Shown: positions 26,752 to 40,075 of the stretch, piece by piece
Position numbering within the stretch: position 1 is the first letter of the stretch
Layout of the letters: the number at the start of each line of letters is the position of its first letter
NCBI RefSeq assembly: GCF_009914755.1
Contig: NC_060929.1
Direction: 5' to 3' (one strand)
Length of the DNA: 64,000 nt
Source of the DNA: the human T2T-CHM13v2.0 reference genome, Homo sapiens
The notes under the pieces: model-generated
Told to the model about the DNA's origin: nothing
Databases searched by the model: none
Seen by the model: only the letters and a program-made list of their open reading frames with translations
Translations under genes and position numbers: made by a program

Positions 26752-29034
26752 TGTATTAATCCATTTTCACACTGCTAATAAAGACATACCTGAGACTGGG
26801 CAATTTACAAAACAAAGAAGTTTACTGGATTTACAGTTCCATGTGGCTGGAGAGGCCTCACAATCTTGGAAGAAGGTAAAAGGCATATCTTACATGGCAT
26901 CAGGGAAGAGAGAGGGCTTGTGCAGGGAAACTCCCATTTTTAAAACCATCAGAGCTTGTGAGACTCATTAATTCTCATAAGAGCACAGGAAAGACCAACC
27001 CCCATAATTTAATTACCTCCTATTGGGTTCCTCTCATGACACATGGGAATTGTGGAAGTTACAATTCAGGATGAGATTTGGGTGAGGACACAGCCAAACC
27101 ATACTATTTTGCCCCTGGCCCCTCCTAAATCTCATGTTCTCACATTTCAAAACCAACCATGCCTTCCCAACAGTCTCCCAGAGTCTTAACTCATTTTAGC
27201 ATGAACTCAAAAGACCACAGTTCAATGTCTCATCTGAGACAAGGCAATTCCCTTCTGTCTATCAGCCTGTAAAATCAAAAGCAAGTTAGTTACTTCCTAG
27301 ATACAATGCGGGTACAGGCATTAGGTAAATACAACCATTTTTAATGGGAGAAATTAGCCAAAACAAAGGGGCTACAGGCTTCATGCAAGTCCAAAATTCA
27401 ATGGGGCAGTTAAATCTTAAAGCTCCAAAATGATCTCCTTTGACTCCATGTTTCACATTCAGGTCACACTGATGCAAGAGGTCAGTTCCCATGGCCTTAG
27501 GCACCTCCATCCCTGTGGCTTTGTACATTATAGCCCCTCTCCTGGCTGCTTTCATGGGCTGACATTGAGTGTCTGCAGCTTTTCCAGGTGCACAGTGCAA
27601 GCTGTCAGTGGATCTACCATTCTGGGGTCTGGAGGACATGGCCTTCTTCTTACAGCTCCACTAGTTGGTGCTCCAGTAGGGACTCTGTGGGACCTCCAAC
27701 CCCACATATCCCTTCTGCACTGCCCTAGCAGAGGTTATCCATGAGTGCCCTGCCCCTGGAGCAAACTTCTGCCTGTACATCCAAGTGTTTCCATAAATCC
27801 TCTGAAATCTAGGCAAGGTTCCCAAACCTCAATTCTTGTCTTCTGCACACCCACAGGACCAACACCACATGTAAGCCACCAAGGCTTGGGGCTTGCAACC
27901 TCTGAAGCAATGGCCTGAGCTGTACCTTTGCCCCTTTTAGTCATGGCTGGAGCAACTGGGATGCAGGCACCAAGTCTCTAGACTGTACACAGCAGAGGGG
28001 CCCTGGGCCTAGCCCATGAAACCATTTTTTCCTCCTAAACCTCCAGTCCTTTGATGAAAGGGGCTGCTGCAAAGGTCTCTAATATGCCCTGGAGACATTT
28101 TCCCATTGTCTTGGGGATTAACATTTGGCTCCTCATTACTTATGCAAATTTCTGCAGCCAGTTTGAATTTCTCTGCAGAAAATGGGATTTTCTTTTGTAT
28201 CACATTGTTGGGCTGCAAATTTTCCAAACTTTTATGCTCTCCTTCCCTTATAAAATGGAATGCCTTTAACAGCACCCAGGTTACCTCTTGAATGCTTTGC
28301 TGCTTAGAAATTTCTTCTGCCAGATACCCTAAAACATCTCTCTCAACTTCAAAGTTCCACATATGTCTATGGCAGGGGCAAAATGCCACCAGTCTCTTTG
28401 CTGAAACATAACAAGAGTCACCTTTGCTCCAGTTCCCAATAAGTTCCTCATTTTCATCTGAGACCACCTCAGCCTGGACTTTATTGTTCATATTGCTATG
28501 AGCATTTTGGGCAAAGCCATTCAACAAGTCTATAGGAAGTTCCAAACTTTCCCACATTTTCCTGTCTTCTTCTCAACCCCCCAAACTCTTCCAACCTCTG
28601 CCTGTTACCAAGTTCCAAAGTCACTTCCACATTTTCAGGTATTTTTTCAGCAACACACAATTTGTGTTACCAGTTTAATGTATTAGTCCGTTTTCATGCT
28701 GCTGATAAAGACATACCTGAGACTGGGCAATTTACAAAAGAAAGAGGTTGATAGATTTGCAGTTCCATGTGGCTGGAGAGACCTCACAATCATGGGAGAA
28801 GGTGAAAGGCACATCTTACATGGCAGCAGAGATGAGAGAGAGCTTGTGCAGGGAAACCCCCATTTTTAAAACCATCAGAGCTTATGAGACTCACTCACTC
28901 TCCTGAAGAGCACAGGAAAGACCCACCCTCATAATTCAATCACCTCCCACTAGGTTTCTCCCAAGACACATGGGAATTGTGGGAGTTACAATTCAAGATG
29001 AGATTTGGGTGGGAGATACAGCCAAATCATATTA
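26752..29034 (-). mobile_element. Full-length THE1 (THE1B-like) MaLR provirus: LTR 26752-27106, internal 27107-28678, LTR 28679-29034
   Basis: Two ~355-bp direct-repeat LTRs; ~1.57-kb internal region with THE1-int ORF remnant MWESLELP...GNWSKGDSCY (28009-28557); 5-bp TSD tatat/tacat. Confidence 0.93.
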
Positions 29035-29949
29035 TACATGGGAAAAAAATCAATCTGCAGAGAAAAAAAGTAAATCAGACATACCAAGGAAAGTGTGTCC
29101 AATCTTAGAAAGTTGCTTCGTAATTATCCTTTTTATAAGAGCATGACATTCCTTAGTAATAGATGCTTTACAAATTAATAAAGAATAGTCTTTGCAGTTT
29201 GTGACAATTTACCTGAAATACAATAGGATAGCAGGTAAACCATGAGTCACAGAATCATACTTGGAACCTTCTAGTTTAACATAAATGAATTAATTAGTTT
29301 ACTAAAAATAAGTAAAGAAGTAATAAATAAAAACACTAAGCATTATCCATTCTCCAAGGTCAATGTTTCAAAGATCCTCAGTGGCCCCATTTGTAGATGG
29401 CTTTTGTGACTGTGGCACCAAAGCATTCAGACTGTTCTCTACACCTCTGTTGGTAGCTCTGAGTATAAAAGCTGCTGAAACAACTTCTATTGTCTTGTGA
29501 ATTGCATGTGACAATAAGGCCCACAGAGAATGCTAATGTTAAAACTTAGACACTTGTTGCTCTGGAAGGGGTGGATATTGAAAGTATAAACTATTTGATG
29601 TCTGAGATTTTAAAGATTAGCATCTCTTCCTAACTCACCACTGTATGATAACCATTTGCATTAAAAAATAAATCAAACTATTCACCTGAAAGACCAATTA
29701 TTCAGTGAATGATTTGTGAATGAAAGTCTGCAGTTATGATATCTAAAAATCATAATTTTTGCTTTTTTAACTTTTTGCTTTTTTAATTTTTTGCTTTTTT
29801 TGATCCAACAAAATTAGACTGTAATGTGATGATAAACAACCTCTAAAACATAGCACTTTAACACAACCAATTTAATTATCTCCATGCTAAATATTAAAGG
29901 TGAATCACAGGAGATTTCAATCCTAAGTCACTAAGAAATCAAGGCTATG

Positions 29950-30175
29950 AAAGCTCCATTTTAACACATAGATTCATGATGATCACAGCAAGGGAACTTA
30001 ATAGACTACACACAGACTCTTCACACTCACTCCCACCTCTGGTTGACACATAGCACTTCTGCTCACAGTTTATTAGCCAAAACATGTGACATAGTCCACC
30101 TAACTTCAGAGGGGGTGGGAGTTAAACCCTTCCACATTCCTGGAAGAAGAATGGCATACTTGTGAATACATAATG
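29950..30175 (-). mobile_element. Old MLT1 LTR fragment
   Basis: acttctgctcacagtttattagccaaaacatgtgacatagtccacctaacttcagagggg resembles MLT1J/K/L. Confidence 0.5.
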
Positions 30176-30616
30176 ACATGTTTTGCATTTGAGCACCTGA
30201 CAATTCACATTTCTCAGTGAGAAGTAGGAGAATGCTCCTACTCTCTCTCTCTCTCTAGTCTTTCTCACCTAAGACTCACTTCTAGCCCAAACATATCCTG
30301 CACCTAAAACATTCTGAGCTAGATTCTTATGATACGGAAGAATCCAGTAAGGTATTCTGGCATAGGAACTGGCAACCTGTCAGAAATCAGGGGAAGACAA
30401 TTTGTGTAGGCAAGGCAAATAGTGAGCCCTTGCTTTTCACAAATATCTTCTACTGCCAAAGTCTACCCATTTTACATTTTTAGATTAAAAGCACCATAAA
30501 AACATTTTTAATTTAAAAAAGCATTGTGTTCTCAGAAATTTCAGAAAGGGCAGAAAAGCAACAAGACAAAAATATTTCAAATTTCACTACCTAGAGATAT
30601 CCATAGTTTCCAAATA

Positions 30617-33600
30617 CAGTTGACCCTTGAATGGTGCAGGGGGTTTGGAGTACCTATCTCCCATGCAGTTGGAAAATTCATGTATAACTTTTGAATCCCT
30701 GTATTAGTCCCTTCTTGCATTGCTATAAAGAAATAGCTGAGACTAGGTAATTTATAAAGAAAATAAGTTTAATTGGCTCACAGATCTGCAGGCTTTGCAG
30801 GAAGCATGATGCTGGCATCTGATCTGCTTCTGGTGAAGTCTCAGGGAGCCTTCAATCATGGCAGAAGGTGAAGCAGGAGCAGGTATTTCACATGATGAAA
30901 GCAGGAGCGAGGGGCAGGGAGAGGTCACTTTTAAATGACTAGATCTCTCAAGAACTCACTATCACGAAGACAGCACCAAGCCATGAGGGATCAATCCTCC
31001 CCCATGATCTAAACACCTCCCACTAGGTGCCACCTCACAGCAGTGGGGAATTAAAATTCAACATGAGATTTTTGCAGGGAAAAATATCCAAACTATATCA
31101 CTCCCCAAAATCTTAACTACTGATAGCCTAATGTTGACTGGAAGCCTTCACAATAACTGACACTCAGTTGACACATGTTTTATATGTTGTATGTATCATA
31201 TACTGTATTCTTATGATAAAGTAAGCTAGATAAAAGAAAATGTTACAGGAAATCATAAGGAAGAGAAAAATATTTACTATTCATTAAATGGAAGTGGATT
31301 GTCATCTTCACATAGAGTTCACTGAGGAGGAGGAGTAAGAGAAAGGTTGGTCTTACAGTCTCAGGGGTGGTAGAGGCAGAAGAAGTGGGGAAGGTGGAAG
31401 AAGAAGCAGGAGAGGCAGGCACATTTTGTGTAAATGTATAGAAACACATCATAATTTCTGTCTGATGTTTTTGCTTTTTCATTTCTCTAAAAATGTTTTT
31501 ATATAGTACAAATCCTTCTCCCACCATTTGCTTTAGTTTCAATGTCTATATCATTGAAGAATTCATGTCACTAAAGAAATTAAAAACAGTCTTGAATCAT
31601 TAGTGCCCTTCTGCCAAAACAAATATCAATTTGTTTTCTGGCACTGCTTCTTCCACGTCTTCTGGCTCATCATCTGGCACTGGTTTGGAAGCACTTATCT
31701 TCATCAAATCATCTCCTGTTAATTCCTCTGATGTGGTGTCTATTAGGTCTTGAATTTCTCCAAGATTCCTATCTTAAAACCCTTCATTCTTCACCTATTT
31801 TGCCATATCCACAATCTCTTTCATGATTTCCTTGATGGACTCTGTCATAAGACTTGTGAAGTCATGCACAACATCTGGACACAGTTTTCTCCAGCAGGAA
31901 CTTATTGTTTCAGGCTTGATGGTTTTCACAGCTTTTTCTATAGCAACAATGGCATCTTCAGTGGTGCAATCCTTCCAGACTTTCATAATGTCCTCTTTAT
32001 CAGTGTTCTTTCTCAAAGCCTTGAAAATGGTTTCCACAGAATATTGCATATAATGAACCTTACAGGTCCTTATGGCCCCCGATTTAGAGCCTGAATTAGA
32101 GACATTGTGTTTGGAGGAAAGTAGACCACTTTAGCACAGTTGATGTTGAACTCATGCGGTTCTGGGTGGCCAGGGGCATTGTCCAATATCAAAAGAACTT
32201 TAAAAGGCAGTCCCTTACTGTCAAGGTACTTCCTGACTTTAGGAGCAAAGCATTGATAGAATCAGTCCTAAAAATGGAGTTCTTGTTCAGGACTTCTTGT
32301 TCTACAACCAAAAGATTTGCAGCTGTTTCTTAACTTTCTCTTCAAGGCTTAGAAGTTAGCAGTTTTATAACTAAGGGCAGTCCTCATCTTAAACCCAACT
32401 ACATTTACACAAGGGTAGAGTTAGTCTATCTCTTCCTGCCTTACATTTCGGTACTTGTTTCTCTTCCTTACTAATAGATGTCCTTTATGTCATTTTTCCC
32501 CTAAAATAAGGCACTTTTATCTGTATTAAAAACTTATTCAGGCAGATAAACTTTCTCCTCAATGATTGTCTTCATGCACCTGAGAATTTGTATGCTGCCT
32601 CTTGGTCAGCAGAAGCTACTTCTCCTCTCATCTTGACATTTTTTAAGCCAAACCTCTTTCTAAATTATCAAACCATCCTTTGCTGGCTTTAAATTCTGCA
32701 GTTATAGATTCTTCACTTGCCTTTTGCTTTCTGTTGTCATATAATGACCTTGCTTTCTCTCAAATCATATTAGAGTCTATAGATGTGCCTTTCTTATAGC
32801 AATACTGTAAGCAGATAAAAGTTGCATTTTCAATACTATATAAAAAGGTATTTCACAATAAGTGAAAGGTTTTCGAACTTGCTTGCCTAGCTGTAATAAC
32901 AGCTTCATGACTTTCCTTTTCTTTTATTATAGTGGTGCTTATGCTGGACTCATTTATCTTGAAATGGTATACAACTGCATCTGCAGACCTCTATGGCACA
33001 TTTTAAGCAATTCAACTTTCTCTTGTAATATCATGACTTTTCTTGGCTTCTTGGGAGCACTTGCAGCATCACTAGTGGTACTTCTTATGGGTCCTGTGAT
33101 GTTAGCCAAGGTTTACAGTATCGCAGAAAACATGATGAAAAATACACAAGGATCACAAGAGATCACTTTTTACTTCAATAAGCAACTTACTGGAGAGAGG
33201 TACTGCTCACGTGGGGATGATTGGTAGTCACATAGCATTTTAAGCAGACATTTGCAACACTTCAGCTCACCACAATACCAAAGGATGGGGGTTAAAATAT
33301 TATTAATAGTGGTGCAGTATTATTACAGTTCATTGTATACAGTTGTGATTTAATACTGCATCTTTATGTTTGTTTACATTTCTTTCAACTGTGAATGGCA
33401 CCACATACACTCTGTGTGCATAAGTTCTGATACATTTTAACTTTCTATAATAGATTTGTGTGTATTTTTTGGTCTTAAATAATAAAATAGACTAGTGTTT
33501 ACATGTATTTTATGCATTCATGGCATACCTTACTTTTTTTATTTTTTTATATTTCTAGGCCATGTGGTTGGTCTAGGAGTTTTTTTAAACTGTCACAAAT

Positions 33601-33690
33601 CTCCAAAACATTTTCCAGTATATTTACTTAAAGATTCCTCACATAAGTGGACCTACAAGGTTCAAATCTACATTTTTCAAAAGTAAACTG
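30617..33690 (-). mobile_element. Near-full-length Tigger2 (pogo-like) DNA transposon with decayed transposase
   Basis: TIRs CAGTTGACCCTTGAA (after TA at 30615-30616) and ttcaaaagtaaactg; transposase fragment DIMKVWKDCTTEDAIVAIEKAVKTIKPETISSCWRKLCPDVVHDF (31795-32049); ~2.67 kb without the insert. Confidence 0.88.
30700..31100 (-). mobile_element. MST (MSTB-like) solo LTR inside Tigger2
   Basis: tgtattagtcc...ccaaactatatca; 5-bp TSD atccc/ctccc. Confidence 0.88.
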
Positions 33691-33758
33691 TGCATGGAAA
33701 AATTTCTAGGCATTTGATAGATGCCATTCCATTGTGCATTTAAGATTATAGTTTTTCT

Positions 33759-34059
33759 GGCCGAGCATGGTGGCTCACGCCTGTAATACCTGCACTTTGG
33801 GAGGCCAAAGCGAGTGGATCACCAGAGGTCTGGAGTTCGAGACCAACCTGGCCAATATGATAAAATCCCATCTCTACTAAAAATACAAAAAATTAGCCGG
33901 GTGTGGTGGTGGGCAACTGTAATCCCAGCTACTCAGGAGGCCTGAGGCAGGAGAATCCCTTCAACCTGGGAGGTGGAGGTTGCAGTGAACTGAGATCACA
34001 CAACTGCACTCCAGCCTGGGCAACAGGAGCAAAACTCCATCTCAAAAAAAAAAAAAGAG
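33759..34059 (+). mobile_element. AluS
   Basis: Dimeric Alu; perfect 16-bp TSD AGATTATAGTTTTTCT (33743-33758 / 34060-34075). Confidence 0.93.
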
Positions 34060-34185
34060 AGATTATAGTTTTTCTTCATTACGCAAAAAAAAATAATGAT
34101 GCAATGGGAATTTATGTATATCAATCTTTACATATATTTCTAAGATTAAATTAATTAAAAAAATAACTAAGTCAAAAAGTATGGA

Positions 34186-34491
<306 letters not shown>

Positions 34492-37227
34492 AAGTACGGA
34501 CATTTTTAAAGTTCTTAATGGATATTGCTCACTTGCAAAATCCATGAGTTTAGGAACTTTATCTTATTTGCCTCTGGGTCAGTAGAACCAGAAAAGTGAT
34601 GAACATATCATAGACACTCACTGAGAATGTACTAAATTAATGAATTAATACATCGCCCAAGGGCTTTCCAAAATAAATAGCACTTTCAAATACAATCATT
34701 CCCACAGGAAGTTAAATCTATTGCTTGTCGCCATCTTGGTCTGATTCATTATTTAGCTGATTTATTTCTTCCTAATACTCACTAAAGGAATTGCTATATT
34801 TAATAGGAAACATTTGCTGGGAGGTAGCTGATGGGAGGACACAAACTTACTTTTCCCTGCAATTCCCCAAGAGCTTTTCTTGGGACTTTAAGATTCAACA
34901 ATTTATTTGATAATCTTGCAGTAAGAAAAAGAAATACATTGAATAGGCTAGAAATAATTGTAGTTTCCTAAAGCCTGGGTAGGGAATGGATGCTTATAGA
35001 TAAGCATCTATAAGCATCTATTATCTTTTATTTTAAGTAGTATAAGTAACTGTGTGTGTGCCCATGCATGGGGGTGTGTGCATGCCTGCTAATTGCTACG
35101 ATAAGATCATCTACATTTTGTTGCAGGTTAAATACTGCTCATATACCTCAAATTAATCCACATCCGAAATGCATATGTAGCTACCCATTTCTACACAGGA
35201 CCATAATCCCAGTACAACCTTTGACAAATCCTTCAGCTTTCCTGGCTCACTCTTCTCTAATAATACAACAAAGTATACATGTAATAGTTTGATATAGAGC
35301 TTCTATATCTCAGTTCCTAAATTAAGGCCTTTCACAGAGCTTTTAATAATACAGCCCCACGCTCCTGGAATTACAGGCAAAGTTAAAAATCATTCCTCCT
35401 TTGCCTTTCAACAAATTTCAGTTCTCTCCTGTAACTATGTGCATGCAAATTCTATTAATGCTAATGAAGGCGATGTACATGCATACAGAGTGGAATATAT
35501 CTCTAAATCACACTTTAATCTTTAGCTACATAACTCTGGCACCTGTTCAAATGATACATGTGCCTCAAATACACACTGTATGTCTGTTGTTTCCTGTCTG
35601 GGTATTAAAATTTATTCATGTATTTTTAGTAGCTATTACAATATTTGACTGACAAATTTTGTTATTATTGTTATACATGTGTTGAGTTTTAACTGGGTGC
35701 TAGATGTGGCCATAAACATTCCTGATTTATTATAATGCAATTAGAATGCAAATTTGATTCCTGACCAGGTTATATTTATTTTTTAAAATGGAAATTTTCT
35801 GTTGTTTTCCACCTGGTTAAACATATGTAGTAAAAAGAAAACATAATGCTAACAAAATAAATATAAGTAACCTGGTAGCTTGTTTCTGTACTGAATAGTG
35901 GTTATCTTTACATAATTAAAAAAACATTTTAATGCATGCATTTTTAAAAACCCAGTTGAATGAGGTCATATTTGGTTTATTTATACTAAAAAATATTTTA
36001 TTAACTAATAATTTTTAGAGAAAAAGTGGTTAGCTAAACAATTTTACATTATTTTTACATATTTGATGTTCCCTGGACACATGTAAATCTAGCATTAGCC
36101 ACTTCTCAAGAGGGCCTCCTGCACCTCCACCTTCACATTCTTTCTTTCCTTTTCCACCTTCCCACAATGTTCCCCCAAAAGTTGAAAAAGGTAGATAATA
36201 CTGAAATCTGTACACTATAGCAAGGCCAGAAGTTTTATACTTTGAGGTGAAAAAAAAGGTAATATTCTTTCTAACTGATCTCTTATTCTGGAGCCCCTTA
36301 CCAATAGATACAGAAACTTGCCAATTAAATGCATTCAGTCTCTTTGCATTTAAAACTGTAAATATTCAGTCAGTGCAAAGTTCAAAGTCCCTCCCAGGAC
36401 TATTTTCACTTTCCTTTCCCCTTTCCCATTCCTGAGAGAGTGGGGCAGGGTGTAAGCCTTGACTCCTCAGGCAGTGGCAGTAGAGATGCTCCCATGTGGC
36501 GCAGCAGATTTTGTGAATTCGTTTGAATGTAACCCAGAGAGCCCCTGGCCTCTGCCACAGCCTCCAGGCATAAAATCCACCTTCTGCAGAAACTTTGAAT
36601 TATATAGAACCTGAACCCCAGGCCAGACCCATTCACCTATCCCCATCCTTCAGCCATCTTATCCCTTACACAGTGGCATGATTGGATGTGGTTTCATTCC
36701 AATTTCTGGACTTCTCTGAAAGACTTGCAACTTCCCAGCTATGTCTCAAGAAGCTAGGACTAAGGATCCCATCACTAGAAACTCAGATGTTTCTATCCCC
36801 CTCAATCCCACCCTACAATGCTCCTCCCCAGGCTTAAACCTTAAGTAGGGAGCCAGGCAGGACACTCATCTCTGACCCTTCCGCTTCTCTCTCTTCTCCC
36901 AGTAAAATAATTTTCTACTTTGCCACCCTATCTCACCAGAACTGTCTCTAAAAACTTCTATTTATTCTTCCCTATTCCATGGCATTTGCCCTTCTCCTCC
37001 ACATTCTCTACTGACATAATCCTGACTTTGTTCAAGTATGGATCGGAGGTGTGTTTAGGGGAGCCTGAGCCCCTCCTCAATTTCAGAGAGAAAAATATAA
37101 TTTGGATTAAGCCAAGCATGGCAATTTAATTTCTCTGGCTAGTTGGTTAGGAATGGCATGTGGTATAATTATGGCCACTGAGATATGAGGAGAAACGTGC
37201 TGGGGGCTTCTGGCAAAGTGTTCCTTT

Positions 37228-38046
37228 TGTTCCGGGAAGGGGTCCTGATTCAGACACCAAGAGAGGGTTCTTGGATCTCGAGCAAGAAGGAAATTTGAGG
37301 CAAGTCCATTGAGTAAAGTTAAAGCAAATTTATTAAGAAAGTAAAGGAATAAAAGAATGGCTACTCCATAGGCAGAGCAGTCCCGAGGGCTGCTGGTCGC
37401 CCCAATTTTTTTTTTTTTTTTTGAGACAGAGTCTCGCTCTATAGCCCAGGCTGGAGTGCAGTAGAGTGATCTTGGCTCGCTGCAACCCTCACCTCCCAGG
37501 TTCAAGCAATCCCTGTGCCTCAGCCTCCTGAGTAGCTGGGATTACAGGCACACAGCACCATGCCTAGCTAATTTTTCTGTTTTTGGTAGAGACAGTGTTT
37601 CACCATGTTGGCCAGGCTGGTCTTGAACTCCTGACCTCAGGTGATTCTCCCGCCTTGGTCTCCCAAACTTCTGTGATTACAGGATTGCCCATTTTTATGG
37701 TTATTTCTTGATTATATGCTAAACAAGTCGTGGATTATTCATGCCTCCCCTTTTTAGACCATATAGGGTAACTTCCTGATATGGCCATGGCATTTGTAAA
37801 CTCTCAAGGGGCTGGTGGGAGTGTAGCAGTGAGGACAACCAGAGGTCACTTTCATTGCCATCTTGGTTTTGGTGGGTTGTGGCTGCCTTCTTTACTGCAA
37901 CCTGTTTTATCAGCAAGATCTTTATGACCTGAATCTTGTGCCAACTTCCTATCTCCTCCTGTGACTTAGAATGTCTAACCTACTGGGAATGCAGCCCAGC
38001 AGTCCCTATTGAAGATGGATTTGCTCTGGTTCAAATGCATCTGACA
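37228..38046 (-). mobile_element. MER41A solo LTR interrupted by an Alu
   Basis: Minus strand starts TGTCAGATGCATTTGAACCAGAGC; the junction AAGGGGAGG|CATGAATAATCC lacks the MER41B STAT1 segment; perfect TSD CTTT (37224-37227 / 38047-38050). Confidence 0.87.
37405..37683 (-). mobile_element. AluS, slightly 5'-truncated, inside MER41A
   Basis: Antisense Alu ending at gattacagg; flanks gcccaatttt/gcccattttt. Confidence 0.9.
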
Positions 38047-38837
38047 CTTTCTTAAAGAGAGACATGAAGACAAATGACCGCTTCTCCCACGCGGCCTTTG
38101 GATATTATTTATGAGGACCACGGCCTGCAACTGCTGCAGTCATCTTGCAGCTATGAGGAGAGTAGCCAGCACCCTAAGGATGGCAGCCGAGACTTCAGAA
38201 AAACACCTGGTCCTTAATAATGTCATTGAGTCACTGAGCTAGACATCCTACCTAGAACCACTCACCTCAAGGTTTCTTTTCACGTGAGATAATATTTACT
38301 TTTGGGTAAACACTTCTAGTTTCTAGTTGGCTTTCTGTGGCTTGCAGCCAAAAGCACACTAACTTCCTTGAGGTAAAAATGTTGAGAGGGCCATAGGGAG
38401 ATAAAACAGAGGTCAGATAAAGGAAAATATATTGAAATATAATATAGAAATACTACTTCCATAGCAAATGTAAAATATTTCTTGTCAAATGATGTGAGAG
38501 AGGTGTGGAATTATATCACAGTTTTTTTCAGAGGTGGCTTGGCTACAAGAGTTACTGGTGAATCCAGGTTCCTGTCCATGAACAAGGAGTCCCAAGGAGC
38601 TACCAGGATATTAATAAGCTAGATTAAATGTAGCCTGCATTTATAGAAAGTGCCTAATGTGCCATTAGTCCCTATTGATGGCATCCTCTATAGAGCCCCC
38701 AATGTCCACGGTGCTTGAGAGTCTCACCTGAAACCTCACTATCCAGATGAAAGAGACAAGAAATAATTCTCATTTATCAGACACTACCTTTTTGGTTTGT
38801 TTGTGTTTTTATCAACATTATAAATATACGTAGTTTA

Positions 38838-39135
38838 GGCCAGGCACAGTGGCTCATGCCTGTAATCCCAGCACTTGGGGAGGCAGATGCATGCAGATCA
38901 CTTGAGCCCAAGAGTTTAAAACCAGCCGGGCAACAAAGTAAGACCCTGTTTCTACAAATAATCGAAAAACTAGCCAGTGGGGCGCACCTGTGGTCCCAGC
39001 TACTCAAGAGGCTGAGGCATGAGAATCATTTGAGCCCAGGAAGTCAAGGCTGCAGTGAGCTGTCTTTGTGCTACTGCATTTTGGCCTGAGTGACAGAATG
39101 AGACCCTGTCTCAAAATAAATAAATAAACAAACAA
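38838..39135 (+). mobile_element. AluJ
   Basis: Dimeric Alu with (AAAT)/(AAAC) tail; flanks acgtagttta/acatagttta. Confidence 0.9.
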
Positions 39136-39300
39136 ACATAGTTTAAGGAGTCAACAAGTTTGATAAACTTTTATTTAAACAACAACAACAACAATCTCTT
39201 TCCCTGCCCTTATATTCTGTTTCCCAGAAGCAACCTGTGTTTCAGTTTTTAAAATTTAATCTTTTGGTATTTATTTCCAAATCTTTCCACAATTTAATAA

Positions 39301-39600
39301 TGTATTAGATTTCAAGAGCTGCCATAACAAAATAACATAGACTCGGTGGCTTAAATAATAGAAGTTTATTTTCTCACAGTTCTGGAAGCTGGAAGTCCAA
39401 GATCAATGTGTTCGCAGGTTTGGTTTCTCCCGCAGCCTCTCCCTTTGGCTTGGAGATGGTTCCCTCACTGTGTCCTCATATGGTCTTTTCTTTGTGCTCA
39501 GGCATCTGTGGTGCCTCCCTCTGTACTCATTGCAATTCAGGACTAATCTTTTCTTACAAGGATAACAGTCAGATTGGATTAAGGCCCATCCTAACAGACC
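39301..39600 (-). mobile_element. MLT1 (B-like) LTR, partial
   Basis: tgtattag...gctgccataacaaaataacatagactcggtggcttaa...tcacagttctggaagctggaagtccaagatcaa. Confidence 0.8.
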
Positions 39601-39724
39601 AGCCTTTGAATATGGGCTCCTTCTGGGGAAAGGATGTAACCTCGGGCAAGGTAGCACATTTTAGTCACTCAGCTATGACCCCTCCACTACGGTCTTTAAC
39701 TTTTATTTTAAAAGTTTTCTTCAT

Positions 39725-40075
<351 letters not shown>

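Larger units (their letters stand above)
37030..38365 (+). mobile_element. MLT1 (H/I/J-like) LTR split by MER41A (approximate)
   Basis: MLT1-like text on both sides of the insert (tggccactgagatatgaggagaaac... and ...gcagtcatcttgcagctatgagg...cttgcagccaaaagcac). Confidence 0.6.

Noticed and set aside
29755-29802. Short tandem duplications (TTTTTGCTTTTTTAA units here; also ATATGCACTTACCT x2 near 18404-18431)
   Set aside because: Ordinary slippage products with no sign of function.
31243-33227. Tigger ORFs as a domesticated TIGD-like gene
   Set aside because: The transposase is fragmented over short frames with stops and has no long intact ORF.
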